DNA of 64,000 nt, taken from positions 9,723-73,722 of the forward strand of contig DATFFM010000106.1 in the NCBI GenBank assembly GCA_035250005.1. The letters are read 5' to 3'. The notes beneath the pieces were generated by a model. That model made no database searches. It saw nothing but the letters and a program-made list of their open reading frames with translations, and had not been told where the DNA came from. This document shows, one piece after another, positions 56,956-64,000 of the stretch. This stretch comes from Vicinamibacterales bacterium (GTDB taxonomy: Bacteria > Acidobacteriota > Vicinamibacteria > Vicinamibacterales > 2-12-FULL-66-21). Each line of letters opens with the position of its first letter. The first letter of the stretch is position 1. Position numbers and translations under genes: made by a program.

Positions 56956-57852
56956 ATGCGTTCACTTCGCTACCTGCACCTCGACGTCTTCACCTCGAAA
57001 CGTTTTGAAGGCAATCAACTGGCGGTGTTTCCGGAGCCGGGGAAGCTCGGCCCCGACACGATGCAGGCGATCGCCAGGGAGATGGCGTTCTCCGAAACCA
57101 CCTTCATCTATCCAGCTGAAGGCGCGGGGGACGTCAGGATGCGGATCTTCACGCCTGGCGAAGAGCTGCCGATGGCGGGGCATCCGACGATCGGAAGCAC
57201 GTTCGCGCTGGCGCTGGACGGTACGATCGCCCGCGGGCGCGAGCAGTTCGTCTTCGAGCTCGGCGTCGGGCCAATCCCGGTCTCGCTCGAATGGGACGTC
57301 GACGGACTCTCCTTCGCCTGGATGACGCAGCCTCTCCCCACCTTCGGGACGAGGATCGAGGACCGCGCGGCGGCCGCGGCCGCAATCGGGGTCGAGGAGC
57401 GTTCGCTGGCGCCAGGCCTCCCCCTCCAGGTCGTCTCGTGCGGGGTGCCGTTCCTCTTCGTCCCGATGGCGACGCGCTCGGCGGTCGATGCGGTCGCGAT
57501 CGACCGGCGGGCGATGCAAAGGTGTTCCGCGGCGGCTGGGGTCGAGGAGCTGCCAGTCTTCTTGTTCACCACCGAGGGTTCCGAGACGGCGTACAGCCGG
57601 ATGCTTGCTCCGGGCTTTGGCATCGCCGAGGATCCCGCCACCGGCGGAGCCAGCGGACCGCTCGGATCCTATCTGCTTCAATACCGCGTCGTGTCACGCG
57701 GCGAGGCGCGGGCGATGGTGAGCCTGCAGGGCGTCGCCATGGGCCGCCCCAGCCGGATCCACATTTCGATCGACGGCGAGCCCGATCGCATCACCCGGGT
57801 GCGCGTCGGGGGGCGTTCGGTGCTGGTCGGCCGCGGCGAGCTGATGGTCTAG
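56956..57852 (+). CDS. PhzF-family isomerase
   Basis: [49 protein letters not shown]. Confidence 0.85.
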   Translation: MRSLRYLHLDVFTSKRFEGNQLAVFPEPGKLGPDTMQAIAREMAFSETTFIYPAEGAGDVRMRIFTPGEELPMAGHPTIGSTFALALDGTIARGREQFVFELGVGPIPVSLEWDVDGLSFAWMTQPLPTFGTRIEDRAAAAAAIGVEERSLAPGLPLQVVSCGVPFLFVPMATRSAVDAVAIDRRAMQRCSAAAGVEELPVFLFTTEGSETAYSRMLAPGFGIAEDPATGGASGPLGSYLLQYRVVSRGEARAMVSLQGVAMGRPSRIHISIDGEPDRITRVRVGGRSVLVGRGELMV

Positions 57853-57856
57853 CGGG

Positions 57857-58144
57857 TCATTCCATTTCGAGCCGCACTCCGCCGACCATCCCGGCGAACA
57901 CGTTGTACAGGGCCGCGGTGATGGCGCCGCCGACGAAGCCCATGCAGCCGTAGATGATCGGCAGCACGATGACCGCGCCGACGCCGAGCATCGGGCCCAG
58001 AAACGCGGCTTCGCTGGTCTCCGCCAGACCGGCGCCGACCACCGAGGCGAGCGCGAAACCAAGCCCGATCAGCACGCCCATCGCCGCGGCAATGGCGGCG
58101 TAGATTTTGGCGACGGAGAAGACGCCCACTTTCTTGACGATCAT
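57857..58144 (-). CDS. small 3-TM membrane protein
   Basis: ATG 58144 preceded by GAGAGG. Gly/Ala-rich hydrophobic segments; no family recognised. Confidence 0.5.
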   Translation of the reverse strand: MIVKKVGVFSVAKIYAAIAAAMGVLIGLGFALASVVGAGLAETSEAAFLGPMLGVGAVIVLPIIYGCMGFVGGAITAALYNVFAGMVGGVRLEME

Positions 58145-58311
58145 GTTCACCTCTCGCGACGGGAGCATACCGCAAGAATGGCTGAGCCGCCGGTGTTTTG
58201 TTTACTGCGCGGTGCCGCGATCGCAGAGGCAGCGAAGAGCAACGCCGGCGGTCGCATGCGTCCCTCGGATTGACGGGCGCCTGCGGAGCCGGCCGCAAGC
58301 GCCCTCGGGCG

Positions 58312-60498
<2,187 letters not shown>

Positions 60499-60613
60499 AG
60501 ATGTGTCCGTCCTTTCCGAGTTCAACAAGGGAGTAATTATGTGCAGCGGGGTGCCCGGCTTCAAGATCAAACCGCGGCCGGGTTAGATATTTTTTGTTTA
60601 TATACTTAACATT

Positions 60614-60961
60614 GTGAAACATATCCAGGACTACTACGCGCCGCTAATTGGTGAGTTCGAACAGGTTGTCCTGCTTTCGCTGCTCCGTCTGGGCAACGGC
60701 GCGTGGGGCGCGGCGATCCGGCGCGACATCCAGGGGCGCATCGGACGCGAGCTGCCGGTCAGCGTCGTGTACGTCACCCTGCAGCGGATGGAGAAAAAGG
60801 GAATGGTCAGGTCCTATGTCGGAGCGCCCAGCGCCGAGCGCGGCGGCCGCCGGCGCCGGCACTACCTGATCGACACACCCGGCGAACACGCGCTGGGAAG
60901 GTCCTACCGGACCCTGAAGAAGATGGCCGAAGGGCTCGAGGACTTATTGGAGAGGCTCTGA
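60614..60961 (+). CDS. PadR-like winged-helix transcriptional regulator
   Basis: EFEQVVLLSLLRLGNGAWGAAIRRDI...VYVTLQRMEKKGMVRSY...RRHYLIDTPGEHAL. GTG start without SD inside an AT-rich patch. Confidence 0.7.
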   Translation: MKHIQDYYAPLIGEFEQVVLLSLLRLGNGAWGAAIRRDIQGRIGRELPVSVVYVTLQRMEKKGMVRSYVGAPSAERGGRRRRHYLIDTPGEHALGRSYRTLKKMAEGLEDLLERL

Positions 60962-60979
60962 CAACTGCAAACTACGAAG

Positions 60980-61768
60980 TTATCTGATGTCGTAGCCCAT
61001 CCCTTCGCGCAGCACGCTCACTTTGACCTGACCCGACACCACCTGCCCCGGCGAGGCCTTTTCCACCGGCAGGTTGCGCGGGTCGAAGATGACGACGGCG
61101 CTGCGGCCGACCACCTCCACACGGCCATCGCGCAGGATGGCCGCGGTCCCCTCGTCGATGCCGACACCGATCATCGTGGGATGATCGAGCACGGCGCTCA
61201 GCAGCCGGTTGTTTCTCTGCCGCCGGACGAAGTGCTGATCGAAGATGCCGCCGGTCCACAGCGCCAGGCCCTTCGCGAGAACCGTCGTGCCCGCGGTCAG
61301 CGATTGAAGGTCCGCCTTTCCGGTGATCATGAGCCCTGACAGGACCGCTGCGCCGGCGCTCGTGCCGCCGACGACCGCGCCCGCGCGGTGGCGCGCACGG
61401 ATCACCTCGTCGAGCCCTGTTCCGGCGATCGCCTCCATGAACCGGTTCTGATCCCCGCCCGGGATCCAGATCAGAGAGGCCGACTCCAGCGCAGCCTTCG
61501 CATCCGGACTCCTGAAGTCGACTTTCCGTACGCCCCTGGCGCCCGCGTCGAGCCACATCTTCACCGAACTGTCGCCCGCATCCTCGAGCGCCGACGACTG
61601 CGGCAGTACGGCGACAACCGCATCCTTGCCGCCGGCCAGCTCCAGCGTGCGCTGAACGATCCTCTCGGGGGTGCCGCCCCCTCCAACCGCGACGATCGCT
61701 CCCGGAGACTGAGCGAACGCCGCCGTTGCAAGCAGCAGAACAACCGCAGCTTTGAGCGCCGTCAGCAT
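60980..61768 (-). CDS. cyanophycinase (peptidase S51), secreted
   Basis: ATG 61768 gives signal MLTALKAAVVLLLATAAFAQ. WIPGGDQNRF, nucleophile GGTSAGAAV, GVGIDEGTA. The upstream part of the track ORF is translated repeat. Confidence 0.8.
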   Translation of the reverse strand: MLTALKAAVVLLLATAAFAQSPGAIVAVGGGGTPERIVQRTLELAGGKDAVVAVLPQSSALEDAGDSSVKMWLDAGARGVRKVDFRSPDAKAALESASLIWIPGGDQNRFMEAIAGTGLDEVIRARHRAGAVVGGTSAGAAVLSGLMITGKADLQSLTAGTTVLAKGLALWTGGIFDQHFVRRQRNNRLLSAVLDHPTMIGVGIDEGTAAILRDGRVEVVGRSAVVIFDPRNLPVEKASPGQVVSGQVKVSVLREGMGYDIR

Positions 61769-61801
61769 CGGGCAGATTCTACCCAAATCCGCCGCCCGCC
61801 C

Positions 61802-61870
61802 CTTGAAGTTGGAAATTTGGCGTTTTGATATGTGAATTTGAAGTTTGAAGTTGAGATTTGAAGTTTGCCT
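61802..61870 (+). repeat. about 10 direct, degenerate TTTGAAG-family heptamers (no inverted partner)
   Basis: CTTGAAG TTGGAAA TTTGGCG TTTTGAT ATGTGAA TTTGAAG TTTGAAG TTGAGA TTTGAAG TTTGCCT, in the divergent region between cyanophycinase (61768) and padR (61923). Confidence 0.8.
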
Positions 61871-61881
61871 GTGGAGGCGAG

Positions 61882-61927
61882 TTGACAAGCGTCTGCCAGC
61901 CGGTGTATCCCATAGGACGTCTATGGG
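61882..61927 (+). promoter_or_regulatory. candidate padR promoter (perfect TTGACA, weak -10 TATCCC) overlapped by inverted repeat CCCATAG-GACGT-CTATGGG
   Basis: TTGACA 61882-61887; 18-nt spacer; TATCCC 61906-61911. Inverted repeat 61909-61927, whose right arm contains padR ATG 61923. Confidence 0.4.
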
Positions 61928-62267
61928 TAAGAAACGAAACGCACGCCAGGACCTGCTGCCCGGCACGCTCGACATGCTGATCCTGAAGACGCTCTCGCGT
62001 CAGGTGATGCACGGCTACGGGATCGCCGAGCACATCCGGCAGGTGTCGGCCGAGGTGCTCCGGGTGGAAGAAGGCTCGCTGTATCCTGCGCTGCAGCGCC
62101 TGCAGCTGCAGGGGCTGATCGCGTCGCAGTGGGGCCAGTCGGCGAACAACCGGCGCGCCCGCTACTACCGCCTGACCCCCGCCGGCCGGCGCGCGCTCGG
62201 CGAGACGGAGTCGAGCTTCTCCCGGCTCATCGAGGCGATCGCCCGGGTCATGAAACCGGCCACGTAG
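61923..62267 (+). CDS. PadR-family transcriptional regulator (acidobacterial type)
   Basis: LLPGTLDMLILKTLSRQVMHGYGIAEHIRQVSAEVLRVEEGSLYPALQRLQLQGLIASQW...ARYYRLTPAGR. Confidence 0.85.
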   Translation: MGKKRNARQDLLPGTLDMLILKTLSRQVMHGYGIAEHIRQVSAEVLRVEEGSLYPALQRLQLQGLIASQWGQSANNRRARYYRLTPAGRRALGETESSFSRLIEAIARVMKPAT

Positions 62268-62271
62268 ACCC

Positions 62272-64000
62272 ATGGCCTCTCTAGGGGATGTCGCCCGGCT
62301 GCTTCGAAGGATCGCCGGACGGGTCCATCGGGACCGGCTCGACCAGGAGTTGCGCGTCGAGATGGCGCAGCACATGGAAATGCGCCGGCAGCAGCTGGTG
62401 GACAACGGGATGGATCCGCGGGACGCGGCCTTCGAAGCGCGCCGGATGTTCGGGAACACGGCCCTGATACGGGACGACGTACGGGACGGCTGGGGCTTTC
62501 GGGCGATCGACACGCTCGCCCAGGACGTCCGGTTTGCCACGCGCCTGCTTCGCCGCGCGCCCGTGTTCACCGCCACCGCCGTCCTCGCGCTGGCCGCGGG
62601 CATCGGCGCCTCGGCTGCCGTGTTCAGCGTGGCGGATGCCGTGCTGTTCCGGTCCCTCCCCGTCCGGGCACCGGAAGAACTGCAATCCTTCCGTGCCGTC
62701 CAGACCCTCGGCGCCGCCTCCAAGATCGTCAGCGGAGTAGACCCGGCGACCTTCGCAGAGATCCAGCGCGCCGCCGGCTTCGCGCAATTCGCGGGGTACC
62801 GGCTGCTCGAGGACGTGACGCTCACGACCGACGCTGGATCGTCGCCCGCCCTCCTTCGCGCGGAACTCGTGTCGTCGAACTACTTTTCCCTGCTCGGCAC
62901 CCGGGTCGTAACCGGACGGCTCATTGGTGCGGAGGATGCCGGCGCCGGCGTCATCCCAGCCGTCGTCAGCGAGCGTCTCTGGCGGACGGGGTTCAATCGG
63001 GACCCGCGGGTCATCGGACGAACGATGGCGGTGAATGGCGCACGGGTTCAGATCACGGGAGTCGTGCGCGGGTTCCGGGGAGTTGTCGCCGACAGCCCGG
63101 CTGATCTCTTTCTCCCGTTCGCTGCCGCCGGCGCGGTCGAGGGTCCCTCATCCGGGCCGATCCGTCTCGTCGCGCGGCTCGCCCCTGGAATCCGGAGGGG
63201 CGAGGCGGAGCATCAGATGGCGATCCTGTATGCGAACGCATCCCCGGCGCGGATCCCCGGCGCGGTGGTACGCGTGGAGCTGCCGTCCGCGCAACGGGGC
63301 GTGTCCGAGACGCGAGCATCGCTGGAGCACCCGCTCGAGCTCGCCCTGGCCCTCGTGGCCGTTCTGCTCCTCGTCGCGAGCGCAAACACCGGCGGGCTGC
63401 TTCTCGCCCGCCTCGCGTCCCGGCAGGGGGAATTCGGCGTGCGGATCGCCCTCGGTGCCGGCCGTGGACGGCTCGTGCGCCAGCTGCTCGTCGAAACGCT
63501 GCTGCTCGCGGCGATGGCTGCTGCGGCCGGGCTCGTCGTCGCCGGCGTCGCCGGACCGCTGCTGGTCCGCTCGATCCCTTTCACCATGCCACTCGACTAC
63601 GAGCTGCGCGTCGACTGGCGTTTGACAGGTTTCACGGTTGCCGTATCGGCAGGCGCAACCGCGGCCGCCGCCGCCGCGTCCCTCTTCCGCCTGCTTCGCG
63701 CGGATCCCGCATCCATGCTGGCGGCCGACGCGCGGACGGTCGTCGGCAGTCCGGGGAGAGTGGCCGGCGCACTGATCGCCGCACAGGTGGCGTGTTCGCT
63801 GCTTCTGCTCGTAGGCGCGGCCGGCCTGACGAAGACGCTCCTAAACCTGCGGAGCGTGCCCGCCGGCTTCAATGCGCGTGAAACGTTCGCCGTTGACCTG
63901 AACACCGCCGGCCGGGTGGCGGATCCCGGACGGAGCCGCGAGTACCTGATGCGGTTGCACGAGCGGGTGGCGGCCGCTCCGTTCGTCGCCAGCGCGACCT
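62272..64000 (+). CDS. ADOP-type duplicated FtsX/MacB-like permease with N-terminal prefix domain, 3' end beyond window
   Basis: Not in the ORF track because it has no stop in the window. ATG 62272 is 4 nt after the padR stop and the frame stays open to 64000. MASLGDVARLLRRIAG...DVRFATRLLRRAPVFTATAVLALAAGIGA...VASANTGGLLLARLASRQGEFGVRIALGA. Confidence 0.85.
   Translation, partial: MASLGDVARLLRRIAGRVHRDRLDQELRVEMAQHMEMRRQQLVDNGMDPRDAAFEARRMFGNTALIRDDVRDGWGFRAIDTLAQDVRFATRLLRRAPVFTATAVLALAAGIGASAAVFSVADAVLFRSLPVRAPEELQSFRAVQTLGAASKIVSGVDPATFAEIQRAAGFAQFAGYRLLEDVTLTTDAGSSPALLRAELVSSNYFSLLGTRVVTGRLIGAEDAGAGVIPAVVSERLWRTGFNRDPRVIGRTMAVNGARVQITGVVRGFRGVVADSPADLFLPFAAAGAVEGPSSGPIRLVARLAPGIRRGEAEHQMAILYANASPARIPGAVVRVELPSAQRGVSETRASLEHPLELALALVAVLLLVASANTGGLLLARLASRQGEFGVRIALGAGRGRLVRQLLVETLLLAAMAAAAGLVVAGVAGPLLVRSIPFTMPLDYELRVDWRLTGFTVAVSAGATAAAAAASLFRLLRADPASMLAADARTVVGSPGRVAGALIAAQVACSLLLLVGAAGLTKTLLNLRSVPAGFNARETFAVDLNTAGRVADPGRSREYLMRLHERVAAAPFVASAT

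Noticed and set aside
60499-60545. Possible glutamine riboswitch (glnA RNA motif) in the glnN 5' region, because of GGAAAGGACGGAC.
   Set aside because: Only the short GGACGGA-like stretch resembles the motif as I remember it. The 5' strand (CGUUCA...) and pseudoknot partners are not present. More likely it is just the SD region.
60541-60558. Sigma-54-like promoter (GGGCAC-N-CTGCA, read on the minus strand) upstream of glnN.
   Set aside because: With GGCAC aligned to the -24 element, the GG-to-GC spacing is 9 nt rather than the required 10. Shifting by one base destroys the GGCAC match. No enhancer-binding-protein sites are evident.

Overview
High-GC (roughly two-thirds G+C by eye), densely packed bacterial chromosomal segment with about 55 protein genes. 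I found no rRNA, tRNA, CRISPR array, transposase or integrase. Four 'ADOP'-type duplicated FtsX/MacB-like orphan permeases, two of them preceded by small PadR regulators, point to Acidobacteriota; this is an inference from gene families, not a search result. Gene content in order: ggt (5' partial); an 8-gene his operon (hisI-G-D-C-B-H-F-A); an M28 peptidase-membrane fusion; a tightly coupled ATPase/MFS/acyltransferase/Mur-ligase-like unit; an S9 peptidase; an SDR and an FAD oxidoreductase; a bacterial eRF1/Vms1-like protein; YqaA; a DUF885-like lipoprotein; and a GT-C-like membrane protein. Next comes a co-directional string (YciI-like, Ku-less ATP-dependent DNA ligase, DUF4166, two membrane proteins, FRG-domain protein, MBL hydrolase, quinone oxidoreductase), then a vWA protein, type IIA topoisomerase B and A subunits 19 kb apart, and sucA-sucB. 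The window ends with an esterase, the PadR/ADOP/PQQ-propeller genes, an FGE-like protein, a D-aminoacylase, PhzF, GSIII glutamine synthetase and a secreted cyanophycinase. The most unusual observations are these. (1) A complete His-codon leader peptide with terminator and antiterminator in front of hisI. (2) Families of 7-9 nt tandem arrays (TTTGAAG/TTTGGAG, (G/A)ATCCCT, GGACCCAAC, GGGTCCGG). They sit only at gene boundaries, are mostly arranged as long inverted arrays, supply stop codons and SD-like motifs to flanking genes, and in one case form a G3N4 x9 tract between sucA and sucB. (3) An eRF1/Vms1-like gene with a GGWSQ loop, preceded by a 9-mer array. (4) A divergent Mur ligase in an operon with an acyltransferase, an MFS transporter and an AAA ATPase. 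(5) Perfect or near-perfect palindromes overlapping the start codons of both acidobacterial-type padR genes. (6) Two genes whose SD and N-terminus lie in a different frame from the body. All calls rest on reading the translations, motifs and hand-drawn base pairing; no database search was possible.
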